Shown here piece by piece: positions 13,040 through 27,220 of a stretch of 64,000 bases of DNA (positions are counted from its first letter, which is position 1; each line of letters opens with the position of its first letter). The position numbers and the translations under genes were made by a program. The stretch is from Octopus bimaculoides. Its lineage: Eukaryota. The stretch is taken from positions 33,646,113 to 33,710,112 of the forward strand of contig NC_069004.1 in the NCBI RefSeq assembly GCF_001194135.2, written 5' to 3'. The notes under the pieces are model-generated. The model searched no databases. It was given only the letters and a program-made list of their open reading frames with translations, and was not told the DNA's origin.

Positions 13040-13930
13040 CTGTTACATATTAGAATCAAATCCAGGTGTATAACAACCTCTCATCTTAATTACTATGAAA
13101 CAACCAAGAGATGATAAGCAGAGTGAGATATAGCAGGGTCCTGATGGCTTATGCGGTTTATGCGGTAATAATGAGAACAGTAAGGGGCATCAGGGCTCTT
13201 ATGGTTAAATTAAGTAAGAAAACCATTAGGGTGCAGGAGGGCCCTTTGGTTTAATGTGATAACAAGCAGAGGATAAACACGAGGATCTTGTGGTTTAATG
13301 TAATAACCCTTTCTACTACAGGCACAAGACTTGAAACTTTGGGGTAGGGGCCTAGTCAGTTTCATTGACCCCACTTCTTGACTGGTATTTATTCCATTCA
13401 CCTTGAAAGGACAAAAGGCAGAACCAGTCGTGGCAGAAAGGTTTAATGTGATAATAAGCTGGGTTTAAGTATAGGGGAGGGCTTTGTGGTTTAATGTGGT
13501 TCCAGAGAGAAATTTGCTCTTGTCTTATTAAGATTACAGAATTATAGTTGCTATTAAAGACTAATTAACAAGAACAAGGAAATAAACAGCCAAAGATGGT
13601 TGAGGGGGGGGGGCTGGTTGTGGGGTTGATTATTAAACATCTGTTAATAACTAAACATATTGGGGAAGGAAAAAATAGAAAACAAACAGGAAAAAATTTT
13701 TTTTTTTGGAACTAAGACAGCAACAACAACAACAATAATAATGATAATGATAAAAATTGACTTAAGAAAATAAGAAACTTATTTCTACATTGGCCACCTC
13801 AGTTGACCTCTTGTTCTCAAGAGGTCACTCAGTGCACAGCAATTACTAATAAAGCACTTATTACATTATATTTTAGAAGTCGTTAGCAACCCTGTCTCTC
13901 TTTCCTCTTTGCATGTGTGCGTATGTGCAG

Positions 13931-13971
<41 letters not shown>

Positions 13972-14789
13972 CACACATTACGAATCTTTATCATTTCCTT
14001 TTTCACACCAAACTTGACAAAGGTTTCTTTCTTGCCAACGAGGCAGTCTCAAGGTGGTCGCCTGCTGTACAAGAAATAGCAACCATACCACCTTTAAACA
14101 ACTCCTCAGCATTTTTAACAAAAACACACACTGGATAATGCAGTCTGAAGTACACAGTTCCTAAAGGTAAGAGGGGATGGTCATGGCATGATTGGTTTTG
14201 ATCATAAGTTTTTCTTGACTTGGTGCGAGGAGCATCTTGGAGCTCAACAACAACAATCCATGCAAACATGGAAAAGAAGACATTACGATGACAATGACAA
14301 TGACAATGATGATGATGATGATGATGACAACAATGATGACGACGATGATTATAATGGTTGCTTGGCTTAATCGCAGTTGAGTCCTTCAACTCAGTTGTTT
14401 TATAGTCTGTGGTTGGGTTGTGGTGGGAAAGAATGGCAGAGAGGTGGTGGGAGGGAGTTAAGAAGAAACTAGGAAGAGAGTGAAATATAGGAAAGTGAAA
14501 GTAGAAAAGAGAGAGAGAGAGAGAGAGGGAGAGGGGGGGATGAGGAAGTTAGAGAATGTTTAAAAGCTGGGGAAAGAAAACATAAATGAAAAGGAATGGA
14601 GATAGACTAAGAGTGTAGAAGGTGCAGAGAGAGAGAGAGAGAGAGAGAGAGGTAGTATCTGTATAGAGAGGTGGAGAGAGAGGAAGAGAGTAAGAGTTAA
14701 ACATGATAGAGTGTATGTGGCGGAGGTGGGGGGGGGAGAAAGAGTAGTAGTAAAAAGGATAGAGGTTAGGCATATGTATCTGTGTTCTT

Positions 14790-14827
<38 letters not shown>

Positions 14828-15354
14828 TAAAGAGATAGATAGAGAAAGAGATAGAGGAACGAGTAGGTGTGAAAAGGATGGCGATGGAACATATACATAT
14901 TTGTGTGTGTGTGTGTGTGTGTGTGAGAGCGTGCGTGTGTGCGTGAGAGCGTGCGTGTGTGTGAGCGTACGTGTGTCTACGTGAGTGTGAATGTGATGTG
15001 GGTGCACATGTGCGTGTGAGTGCGTGTGTGTGTGTGTGTGTGTGAGAGAAAAATATTTATGAGTTTCCTTATTTCTAAACATTTCTCAGTTATGTCTATA
15101 TCTGTATCTTCATATTTATACCTACATATATACATATATATATATATATGTGTGTTTATATGTATGTATGTATGTTGGTGTAATGCGTTACACCAACAGC
15201 AGCTGCAGTAAATACTATTTATTAATGTTTCCTGTGTTCAAGCCATCACTGTTAAGACATGGACTAGAAACATCACCTGTGCTATGCACATACACTGCTG
15301 TGTAAAGGTATGTTAACGACTGGAGCTTATTAATCAATCAACACCTTGATTTAC

Positions 15355-15418
15355 CTATCAGTAGACGAAGGTTGGGGGGTATGCACCTGAAGCCACCGGA
15401 GGTGGTTTTAGGTGCTAA
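15355..15418 (-). CDS. Candidate 64-nt exon (LAPKTTSGGFRCIPPNLRLLI)
   Basis: Acceptor CATCCTCCATCCTGCAG|, donor AG|GTAAAT; only one open frame (phase 0 to 1). Confidence 0.25.
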
Positions 15419-16971
15419 CTGCAGGATGGAGGATGTGGTATTTATTTATGTACCAGCAACCCAGCAGATGGAGCCAACGAGGGAGATTCTCTGTGGTCAC
15501 TGGAGCTGCTAGAAGCAGCTACCAATTCTGCCTCATATCACACTCTGCGACAGTTCTTCTCAACGAGGATTCATATGACTTTTGGAGGTCCATTTGAGAT
15601 ATTGGTCATACTTCTACAATACACAAAATGTTTAAAATTTTGTTTATATTCTTATACAATTCCTAATAATATTCAATTATAAATACACAATAACGTTTCT
15701 TTTAGACAAGATAGGAAAGAGCACATGATGGTCAGCTGCGTCAGTCTCTGCTGTGTAGCACGGCCTTGCCTAAAGTTCATAGTGAGCAGCCAGTGGTCAT
15801 GAGCGCATGGCTGTGCTTGTGCTCATGTACCTGCTCTTTCTCCTGCTCAACTCCATCCACGTGGATGTGATTGTACTCCTCCTGCATCCCTTACACTGTC
15901 GATCTCCATCATGATTCAGCTCCTTGAAGCTTCGCTGCAAGGGTTCGGCAGCCAGTGGAAATGATAATTCTTTTCTACTCTAGGCACGAGGTCCGAAATT
16001 TTTCGAGATTCACCGTTCCAAAAAAGAATTAGTTCACGTTCTCTCAAAAGTTTCTAAATTCTTATGATCTGAACAACACTCTACAGTATTTTCCTTAAAG
16101 ATGGGATGGTCGTGGCTGGAATGCTTTCAATCATAGAGCTGTTCAGTCAGGATTGACCAAGAGATAAGCAACAACAACAACAACAACAACAGTCTAAGGT
16201 GGCGAAGGTGATGGTGTTGATGTACCTGGTTAATTATGACTGTTGTAATATAAATATATAAACAAACACCTAATGTCTAAATAAATTAATTAGACACATG
16301 TTTCATGTACTAAGGAAACTGAACAATACCCCCCCCCCCAATCCCCTCGAATACATGGTTTAACTATGAATATATAACACGTTGACAGTTCTTTCCTTCT
16401 CTTTGTCACACATGCTGTAATGATCATTGTTTAATGTCCATGTTCCATGCTGGCATGTGTTGAACAGGATCTGACAGGATCTGACAGGCCCAATGACTGC
16501 TCAGTGACTCAGTGTCTACTTTGGTATGGTTTTTGCAGCTGGATGTCTTACCTAATGCCAACCACTTCAAAATGTGTAGAGGATGCTTCTTTTTTTGTTT
16601 TTGTGGCACCAGCACTAGTGAGGTCGCCATGAAGCTTGCAAAACTAAGATGCTCTTTGACTGAGTGTGGCTATCAAGGGGGATGGAGATGGATTTAAGCT
16701 TGGAAATGAGGGGATTAAAGTCTGTGAGAAGGGGCCAGAGAGGAGCTATGTGTTTACTTACATTACACACACACATATATATAAACACACATATATATGT
16801 GTATGTATACACACATATAATATATACATGTATATGCACGCACACATATAATATATATATATATATGTATATGTATATATATATATATCTGTATGTGTAC
16901 ATGTATAAGTGTATATATATATATATGCATATATATGTGTATATATGTGTGCGTGTGTGTGTATGTATGTA

Positions 16972-17032
<61 letters not shown>

Positions 17033-17124
17033 ATCACACACTCATATATATACATACACATGCATAACTGCACACATATATATCACATATACATATACAT
17101 GGTTGCACATACAAACACACCCAT

Positions 17125-17157
<33 letters not shown>

Positions 17158-18466
17158 NNNNNNNNNNNNNNNNNNNNNNNNNNNNNNNNNNNNNNNNNNN
17201 NNNNNNNNNNNNNNNNNNNNNNNNNNNNNNNNNNNNNNNNNNNNNNNNNNNNNNNNNNNNNNNNNNNNNNNNNNNNNNNNNNNNNNNNNNNNNNNNNNNN
17301 NNNNNNNNNNNNNNNNNNNNNNNNNNNNNNNNNNNNNNNNNNNNNNNNNNNNNNNNNNNNNNNNNNNNNNNNNNNNNNNNNNNNNNNNNNNNNNNNNNNN
17401 NNNNNNNNNNNNNNNNNNNNNNNNNNNNNNNNNNNNNNNNNNNNNNNNNNNNNNNNNNNNNNNNNNNNNNNNNNNNNNNNNNNNNNNNNNNNNNNNNNNN
17501 NNNNNNNNNNNNNNNNNNNNNNNNNNNNNNNNNNNNNNNNNNNNNNNNNNNNNCACCACCACCACCACCACCACCACCACCACTAGTAGTGGTAATAAAG
17601 AGTTGGGTGGGGGTGGGGGCTCAGTTTCTTAAAGATATAAACAAACCAATATAACAAGAAACCTAAAAGGGTTTTTTTTTTGAGGGGAGGGGTAACATAA
17701 TGGAAATAAGCAAAACCCCCTCCTCTACTCCCCTTCCCTTTTTTATCCCAATTTTTTGACATCTAAAACAAAAGGGCTGTAGAATTCCATCTGTTTCCCT
17801 TCTTGCAACCCCACCCACCACCACCACCACCAGCACTTCCTCCCAACACATAATCTCAGTTGAGGTTTGGTTCGATTAGGGTAGGGTAGACATTGCAAGC
17901 CTATGCAGCCCCCCTCCCCACCAGAAGCAGTGCTCCAGCATGACCACAATACTATGAAAGAAACAAGGTATAAAACGAACTATAATGAAGGAGCCTCAGT
18001 CTATGCGGACACGATGCTAGGTTAGTTTTTTTCCCTTCGTCCTTGATCAAATACTCTCCATCTATGACCATCCTGCCTTTTTCCATAGGAAGCTTACACC
18101 GATGCCCTATTAGCCAATGTGATATTCTGTTTTCTTCTTTAGTTGGTAAAATTTTATTTGAGGACAATTTGGTTGCTATTTCTAGCAGATCAGGTGACCA
18201 CATAGAGGCTACTTATTGGTTGGTTTGACCTGATTCCTTGGTGATTGAACCTGGTGGAACTGAAAACTAACAAACACACACACACACACACACACACATA
18301 CACACACTCACTCACTCACAATCACACACACACATACAAACACGCACATATGCAATCACATGCATATAAACACGCACACACCCCCACCAACATAATCTTT
18401 AATTTCCACAAGCGATATTGTGCACTCTACACCCCTGACCACTCCGCTGGCGCCACTGGTCCCTAC

Positions 18467-18576
18467 CTCTGGCAACATGAGAAGCTCCATTAACTTCATT
18501 ATTGCATCTCGTTAGATCCTCATTAACTTCAGAAATGTACGACTTGTAAAGTGAAACTACAACTAACTGACCAGCT
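18467..18576 (-). CDS. Candidate 110-nt exon (AGQLVVVSLYKSYISEVNEDLTRCNNEVNGASHVAR)
   Basis: Acceptor TTTCTTGTTACAG|, donor AG|GTAGGG, open frame phase 2 to 1, non-repetitive sequence. Confidence 0.25.
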
Positions 18577-19872
18577 CTGTAACAAGAAACCCTCTTTCAT
18601 ATCTACATTAAGGACTCAGTCGGGATTCTTCTCTTTACAGAGAAAATCATCCTTGAGACGGGGGAGGGAATAATTTACCGATTTCTTAAATCTATCATCA
18701 CCATCATCATCATCATCATCATTGAATGTCTGTTTTTCCATGCTGGCATGGGTTGGACAGTTTGACAGATGCTGGCAAGCCAGAAGACTGCACTAAGCTC
18801 CATTGTCTGTTTTGGCAGGATTTTTACAGCTGGACGCCCTTCCTAATGCTGGCCAGTGCTTTTTTCTGTGGTGTCGCCACTGGAGAGGTTCTCTTTTGGC
18901 ATGGTTTTCACTGCTGGATGCCCTTCGTAATGCCAACCACCACCACCAGATGGTGTGATCTGTAGCAGCTCATCTTGCAGTTGAATGTCAAGTGTCACAG
19001 AGGGTTCACTGACCAAAGAACCACTGATTGCCGGAGCAGATATAACCTGGGTCAGAAGTGAGTTCTTTACGAGGGGGGCTCAACAAGAGCTTCCTTAGAA
19101 AGTTTATGTTGTAGTGAAAATGGATTGGAAAAAAAATGGAGGTGATTGAAAGAGTGGTGGTCGTGGGGAGGAGAGGCACAGAACTGATGAGTGGATTGGT
19201 AGAGGTGGTGGTGGTTGTGCTGATGGGGGCTGAATTGATTCTGGTGGTGGTGGTGATGGGAATACAGTAGCAGTCAGATTAGCTGTAGTAGCAGTAGTAG
19301 TGGTGGTGGTGGTGGCAGTAGAGCCCTGAATTGATGGTGGTGGTGGTGGTGGTGGTGGTGGTGATAGTGATATTTAGGAGAGAGATTGGTGATAATGGAC
19401 AGGTGGTGGTGATGGAGGTGGTGATGGATCGACCAGTGGTGGCAGCGGGAGCACTGATGGGTGAACAATGGATTAGTGATAATGGTCATGGAGGTAGTGT
19501 TGTTGTTGTTGTTGTCGAAGCATAAATTAAGTTGGTTAAGTGAGTAACGATGGATTCATGGTATTGGTGATGGTGGTGGAGGTGGTGGTAGTGAAGGAGG
19601 TGTTCTTAGTGATGGCAGGTGGTGGTGGTGAGAGAGGGAGGGATTAATGGTGAAGTCCTAAACCGATAGGATTGAACAGTGGTGGCATGTGAAAGGTGGG
19701 TTGATGGTGGATTATTTAATTAAGTTGACTAAATAATTAGACTGTTGTCTAACGACACTTTGGATCATTTCTGCCTTTTTTTTTTTAATCTAGGATCAGG
19801 ATTATCCAGTCAAAGGAATCTACTTCAGCTATGACATCAAGCAATCAATTGATTATTTAATTAATTAACAAA

Positions 19873-19912
<40 letters not shown>

Positions 19913-19913
19913 C

Positions 19914-19948
<35 letters not shown>

Positions 19949-19951
19949 TGC

Positions 19952-20007
<56 letters not shown>

Positions 20008-21434
20008 GTCAGCCTTTTATGTAGCCACATCTCCATCAAATCACACTTGACTATCAAAGAATTAGATGAAGGAAGGACACATTGGACAATGTAGTCCAAG
20101 ATGGACAATGCCTGAAAACAGGATAGTAAAGCCATTGCTGCAACATCTTTGATTACAGAGTTATAACCTGATGGTTAAACATTCACTACTACTACTACTA
20201 CTAAGAAAGCCAGTGGAGGTGCTTCTAAGAGGTCATTTGACTTCCTTGAAATAACAGCTAACTTTACATCCACCATCTTTAAGAAGAGGAAGGACACATT
20301 CACAGACCACCTCCTTACTACAACCAACACAATCACCTCCATACTGCAACCAATATAATCAGACTGTTTCCCCTGAGCCAATGATGGAGCTTCTACATCT
20401 CAACCTGATAGAAATAACACCTAAACTCCCTCAAGTTACACCCTACTATTCTGAGAAAAAGGAAGGACACATTGGACAATATAGTTGTGGATATATAAAT
20501 AGATGGGATGGTCATGGTTGGAATAGAATGTCTCTGATCATGGGTTTATTCAACCAGGGTTGAATAACAACTATCACCCCCACCCCACCACCACCACCAC
20601 CACTACCACCACAACCACCATCAGACAACCACAGCTAGTGCTATACTACTTCCATCACTACCACTGCCGCCACAGCCACNNNNNNNNNNNNNNNNNNNNN
20701 NNNNNNNNNNNNNNNNNNNNNNNNNNNNNNNNNNNNNNNNNNNNNNNNNNNNNNNNNNNNNNNNNNNNNNNNNNNNNNNNNNNNNNNNNNNNNNNNNNNN
20801 NNNNNNNNNNNNNNNNNNNNNNNNNNNNNNNNNNNNNNNNNNNNNNNNNNNNNNNNNNNNNNNNNNNNNNNNNNNNNNNNNNNNNNNNNNNNNNNNNNNN
20901 NNNNNNNNNNNNNNNNNNNNNNNNNNNNNNNNNNNNNNNNNNNNNNNNNNNNNNNNNNNNNNNNNNNNNNNNNNNNNNNNNNNNNNNNNNNNNNNNNNNN
21001 NNNNNNNNNNNNNNNNNNNNNNNNNNNNNNNNNNNNNNNNNNNNNNNNNNNNNNNNNNNNNNNNNNNNNNNNNNNNNNNNNNNNNNNNNNNNNNNNNNNN
21101 NNNNNNNNNNNNNNNNNNNNNNNNNNNNNNNNNNNNNNNNNNNNNNNNNNNNNNNNNNNNNNNNNNNNNNNNNNNNNNNNNNNNNNNNNNNNNNNNNNNN
21201 NNNNNNNNNNNNNNNNNNNNNNNNNNNNNNNNNNNNNNNNNNNNNNNNNNNNNNNNNNNNNNNNNNNNNNNNNNNNNNNNNNNNNNNNNNNNNNNNNNNN
21301 NNNNNNNNNNNNNNNNNNNNNNNNNNNNNNNNNNNNNNNNNNNNNNNNNNNNNNNNNNNNNNNNNNNNNNNNNNNNNNNNNNNNNNNNNNNNNNNNNNNN
21401 NNNNNNNNNNNNNNNNNNNNNNNNNNNNNNNNNN

Positions 21435-21497
<63 letters not shown>

Positions 21498-22335
21498 CAT
21501 ATCCATAGTAATGTATACATACTGTAATATATATATATCCACACACACACACACACACACGGCCACCCAGTTTCCCAAAAGAATCTCGATGGTACTCAAT
21601 GCCAAGTACCACCTGTCTTGGAAACTGACATAATAGAGCAGCCAGCCTCCACACACACAGATCTCCAGATAGCGCAAAACTGCCCTGACATTATTTTCCA
21701 AAACACAAACGGTAATAATGTATTAATAATTGACAAGAGTTGTAATTAACGAGTGAACTACGAATGGCGTACGGACGCGAGCTGCAAAGAAACTGGGGAA
21801 TTACGCAGGAATATGCTGCTCTGTTGAATGGTAGACATTAACGACGGGGAAGAAGGAAAATACCAATACCAAAGGGTTTGTAAATGTTAACGAGGAAATT
21901 AAAACTTCTGCAGATGGAATGGTTGGACTGGAATGTCTGTGATTATGTCTGCAGGAAGAGAGCAGCAGCAGGCACTGCTAACGGTGCTGCCAACAATGAT
22001 GACAGAAGTCACAACAATGACAACACAACACAGCTCTTCAATTTGAATTTATTATCCGACTCATGCTAATACAAGCTACCACCACCACCACCACCACCTT
22101 CACAAACAGCAGCAGTACCCTGGCAAAAAGCTAAACCTGCCGACTCTAGGGACTATGGTTTTTTATTAGGCACAGGCATGACTGTTTGGTTAGGGAGCTT
22201 GCTTCCCAGCCACATGGTTTCAGGTTCAGTCCCACTGCATAGAACCTTGGGCAAGTGTCTTCTGCTATAGCTTCAGGCTGACCAAAGCCTTGTGATTGAA
22301 TAGGCGGAAGTTTCCATTGTGTGTGTAAATATTTG

Positions 22336-22545
22336 TGCCTCCTGACAGAGAGGACGGAGATTCTTCTGTTCCAGTCCATGATTCTCTTGCTGTGGTCAAT
22401 GATGCTTCATCAACCAAAAAGAGGTGGATGCTTCAGTGCAGAAGTTCTTCACCTCAAATGACAAGAACTGGCATCAGCATGGAAGTCAAAGAATTTGCAG
22501 ATAAGTGGTTTCAGATGATGCAACACGATGATGGCTGCTTTTATT
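22336..22545 (+). mobile_element. Mariner-type transposase C-terminal relic
   Basis: LFQSM...VQKFFTSNDKNWHQHG[fs]KEFADKWFQMMQHDDGCFY resembles the mariner end (FF..K...FY..GI.KL..RWQK....DG.YF). Confidence 0.7.
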
Positions 22546-22984
22546 ATAACTCGAAGAATAAAGCAAAACAGTGACCACAATATTGCAAAACCTTAGAGAC
22601 CACTAAGTCTACTAATTCTTGTTGACCATATTCAGTACTCTGTCAGGACTATATTGATACGGTACCGTGGTCACAACCAGACCTACTGATTCTAGTTGAT
22701 TATATTTAGTACCCTGGATAACATCAACTGTAGTGACTATATTTCTATGGTACCCTGGCTATCGTATCTCCAGCTGCTTCAGATGCCAAGATATCAAAAA
22801 TTATCAAAGTGTAGTAGAACGGTTTTGTTATGGAATGGTGAAAAACTATTCTTTACATTTCCTGAAAAAGCAACGTTTTGGACCCACGACACTTTTGCAT
22901 AATAACAACGATATACATACATACATACATATATATATATATATATCATCATCATCATCATTATCATCGTTTAACGTCCGCTTT

Positions 22985-23015
<31 letters not shown>

Positions 23016-23845
23016 NNNNNNNNNNNNNNNNNNNNNNNNNNNNNNNNNNNNNNNNNNNNNNNNNNNNNNNNNNNNNNNNNNNNNNNNNNNNNNNNNNNNN
23101 NNNNNNNNNNNNNNNNNNNNNNNNNNNNNNNNNNNNNNNNNNNNNNNNNNNNNNNNNNNNNNNNNNNNNNNNNNNNNNNNNNNNNNNNNNNNNNNNNNNN
23201 NNNNNNNNNNNNNNNNNNNNNNNNNNNNNNNNNNNNNNNNNNNNNNNNNNNNNNNNNNNNNNNNNNNNNNNNNNNNNNNNNNNNNNNNNNNNNNNNNNNN
23301 NNNNNNNNNNNNNNNNNNNNNNNNNNNNNNNNNNNNNNNNNNNNNNNNNNNNNNNNNNNNNNNNNNNNNNNNNNNNNNNNNNNNNNNNNNNNNNNNNNNN
23401 NNNNNNNNNNNNNNNNNNNNNNNNNNNNNNNNNNNNNNNNNNNNNNNNNNNNNNNNNNNNNNNNNNNNNNNNNNNNNNNNNNNNNNNNNNNNNNNNNNNN
23501 NNNNNNNNNNNNNNNNNNNNNNNNNNNNNNNNNNNNNNNNNNNNNNNNNNNNNNNNNNNNNNNNNNNNNNNNNNNNNNNNNNNNNNNNNNNNNNNNNNNN
23601 NNNNNNNNNNNNNNNNNNNNNNNNNNNNNNNNNNNNNNNNNNNNNNNNNNNNNNNNNNNNNNNNNNNNNNNNNNNNNNNNNNNNNNNNNNNNNNNNNNNN
23701 NNNNNNNNNNNNNNNNNNNNNNNNNNNNNNNNNNNNNNNNNNNNNNNNNNNNNNNNNNNNNNNNNNNNNNNNCACTGCAACCACCACCAGAGGGTGGTTG
23801 TACTCCATGGAGTAACATCAGACTAAACCACTGCTGTATGGAAAG

Positions 23846-23902
<57 letters not shown>

Positions 23903-24207
23903 GAGTCAGATATTAACACACATACATGCACACCAGACGTCACTACACAAATTGGTATATCTATGGACACCCATAGACATAAACACACAGACACGCACAT
24001 ACATGGACATCATAACGCACATACTCAGACATTAACACACACACACACACATACACGAGCACACACACACTCACATTAAGACGCATAACTGTTACGTTAT
24101 ATGGATTGACACAGAAAAAAGATGATGTGTTTTTCCAGAGATTTCATACCAGAATGTAAACTGCTTAAATCTGGAAAATATCTTCACCTTTCTCAGGGTA
24201 GATACCA

Positions 24208-24244
<37 letters not shown>

Positions 24245-24408
24245 TGTATGTATGTTTAGGCACAAATATGGCTGTATGTTTAAGAAGTTTGCTTTCATTG
24301 GGCAAGTGCCTGCTGCTATAGCCCTAGGCTGACCAAAGCCTTGTGAGTAGGTCTGAAAGAAGAAAACTGAAAGAAGCCTATCATATGTACATGTATGTGT
24401 CTGTGTGA

Positions 24409-24488
<80 letters not shown>

Positions 24489-25009
24489 TCAGAGGGATTA
24501 GTAATCCAAGCACAATACTTCTCTAGTTCTCTGCAGATAAAAATACACCAGGCTCACAAAAAAGTCTTGTGATCAGTGTTATTCTCCAAGTAATCTGAAA
24601 TCAAAGTCCACCATCAGGCGAATTTGTATGCCCATGGTTCCATTATCCAGTTAAGATGGTCAGAAGTTTTCGGCTAGTGGTTTTCTGTCAATCATTTGAT
24701 CACTGGATAAGATTGAACCATGAATGCACTGAAATGCATATCTGCAACAACTGTAAACCATACAAGACAAAGTCTTGATTTATCAAAATTATCTTCCTTT
24801 CCAGAGAAGTGTGAAAAAATACCTTATTATTATTCAGGACCGACTCAAACTGAGGAGTGGAGATAATCTCAAGAATCAAAGAATACTCCAGAATTGGCAG
24901 GCCCTTACAGAAAATATAGTCTGATTGTCTGAGATGAGCAGACTGCTGTTCACATATGTTTCTGCCTCAATCAGCATCATCAGGTCAGCAGTTGTCTGAA
25001 CTTGACTTC

Positions 25010-25146
25010 AGAAGAAAAAGAACCTTGGCGAAGGTTGACCTTAAAATGCTGAACTTCACAAAGGAGACAACAAAGGACAGCTGCAAATAATGGCACTTTG
25101 CCGGGAAGATCTGTCCAACCCATACAAACATGGGAACATGATGATG
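25010..25146 (+). mobile_element. RTE-like LINE 3' terminal fragment
   Basis: RRKRTLAKVDLKMLNFTKETTKDSCK*WHFA..KICPTHTNM resembles RTE C-termini; ends in TGTCCAACCCATACAAACATGG plus a (GAT)n tail. Confidence 0.55.
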
Positions 25147-25468
25147 GTATATATTATACATGGATATATTATTTATACATACATACATATATATATATAT
25201 ATTACAGACATATAATAGACTTGTAAGTACATATCTTATCTTTATATCTGGCAGCAACATTCACTAAATATGTTCACACATACATGGAAACCCATTCACA
25301 TGGATGTGTGCGTGTATGTATGAGTGATACACTAACATCCATAAAGTCACTAAACATCTCTCTACAACACTTACAAAATAAATACATAAATTACATGTAC
25401 ACACACATTCACTCTGTGTATGTATGTTTGTATATATTGTATGTATGTATGTATTTACTTACATAAAT

Positions 25469-25507
<39 letters not shown>

Positions 25508-25643
25508 TGTGTGTGCATTACTTTGTAACAGCCATTAAACACATACACACCACTCCACTTATCTAAAGATCTTTCTATAACATTCCATTGTTGGATACTC
25601 ACACATAGACACAGAGTCACATACAGCTGTTAGATATAGGAGT

Positions 25644-25688
<45 letters not shown>

Positions 25689-27166
25689 CATACATACACA
25701 CACTTAAAGATCCCATCTGCACTGTTCAGAAAGGATGGGGGACGGGAAGAGGACCCAAGATCCACCTGTCAACAATAGGGGCTTTCAGCCTCCCTGCTCT
25801 CCCCCCCCCACCATTCCTCCGCACTGCCATTTCAGCTTACCCCATTCCATCCATGATATTTGACACCCACCCACTCACCTCACCCCCATTATTTCAAATT
25901 ATAATTTACAAAGGAGGCAGTGGTGGGCAGGGGTAAGGGTTTCACTACTTCTCTTCACCCCAGCAACAACTTGTAGAGAACTCAGTATGGAAATCTAATA
26001 AGTTAAGCCTTATATGGAATCCTAAATTCCTTCTGTAACCTCCTCTGCAACGAAGATGCCAACTTTATTCCAGTCATGTTCCTACTGAATCTCTGACAGC
26101 TTTAATTTACTCCAACGAAATACCATATTTGATACATAGAATACAAGTTCTGTACTATTCTTGAACAGTTCTGTTTCCTGTACAGGGTTTGCTGACCCTG
26201 CTGGTGCTGGTGCCATGTAAAAAGCATCCAGACCACACTGTAAAGTGGTTGGCATTTGGAAGGGCATCCAGTTGTAAAAGCCATGCCAAAAAAACCTTGC
26301 TTGTGCTTGTGCCACGTAAAAAGCACTGAGTCCACTCTGCTGAACTACCAATCCAGAGCAGTAATAAAATGATGGAACCGTTAGAGGGTTAAGCAGAGAT
26401 GCATTATGATGTCTGTTCCAGCCTTGTGATGAAACTGGTGCCAAGTCATATTGGCCCAAGTCGACAGTCTTTCTCTTGGATAGAAAATCTGTGGTGAGGT
26501 GAAGAGAGAAACTTGCATATATGGACAACTACTTGTCTGTGTCAAAGAATTTTATCCTAGCCTGCCTACACATATGTAAGGGCATGGTCAATCTTGACCA
26601 TTGGAGGCACTAGAATAGCAGCCTCAGGTCAATTCTAATCACACAGACGTATGATTAAAGGTATGTAGGAACAAGTTATCGAATGTGTGGTCTTGTCCTT
26701 GCTTAAGGTAATGAATTGGTCACCATAAAGGTGTTGTACTTTGAAGATTAGACTGCTATTTCTTGCATATTGCATGAACTCATAGAGGCTTCATGGGTCT
26801 AGGTAGTGTATCATTCCCCGAATCTATTTCGCATTAGTAACCACGGAAAAATGAAGTGCCATTGTTTTCATAGTCTATGCTTGCTTGCTGGCTTGCCGGC
26901 TTCTTTCAGTATCAATCCAGCTATCTCAGGCATCTTAGAAACTACTGAAGCTAAAGACGTTGGAATATGTGTGTGTGTGTGTGTGTGAACATAAAAACAC
27001 ACACACATATACACACACATGCGTATATATATATATCTACATGCATGCACCTATCTATACAGGTATGCATAGATTGATAGATGTATATACACACACACAC
27101 ATATGCATGTATGCATACATATATACATGCATACACACACACACAAACATTTATATATATGTATGA

Positions 27167-27220
<54 letters not shown>

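Noticed and set aside
13990-14090. Apparent minus-strand exon GDHLETASLARKKPLSSL
   Set aside because: Derived from the recurrent GCTATTTCTAGCAG repeat family; weak donor.
15720-15955. GC-richer block with partial ORFs
   Set aside because: Stops in most frames and no consistent splice pair; probably an old TE fragment that could not be classified.
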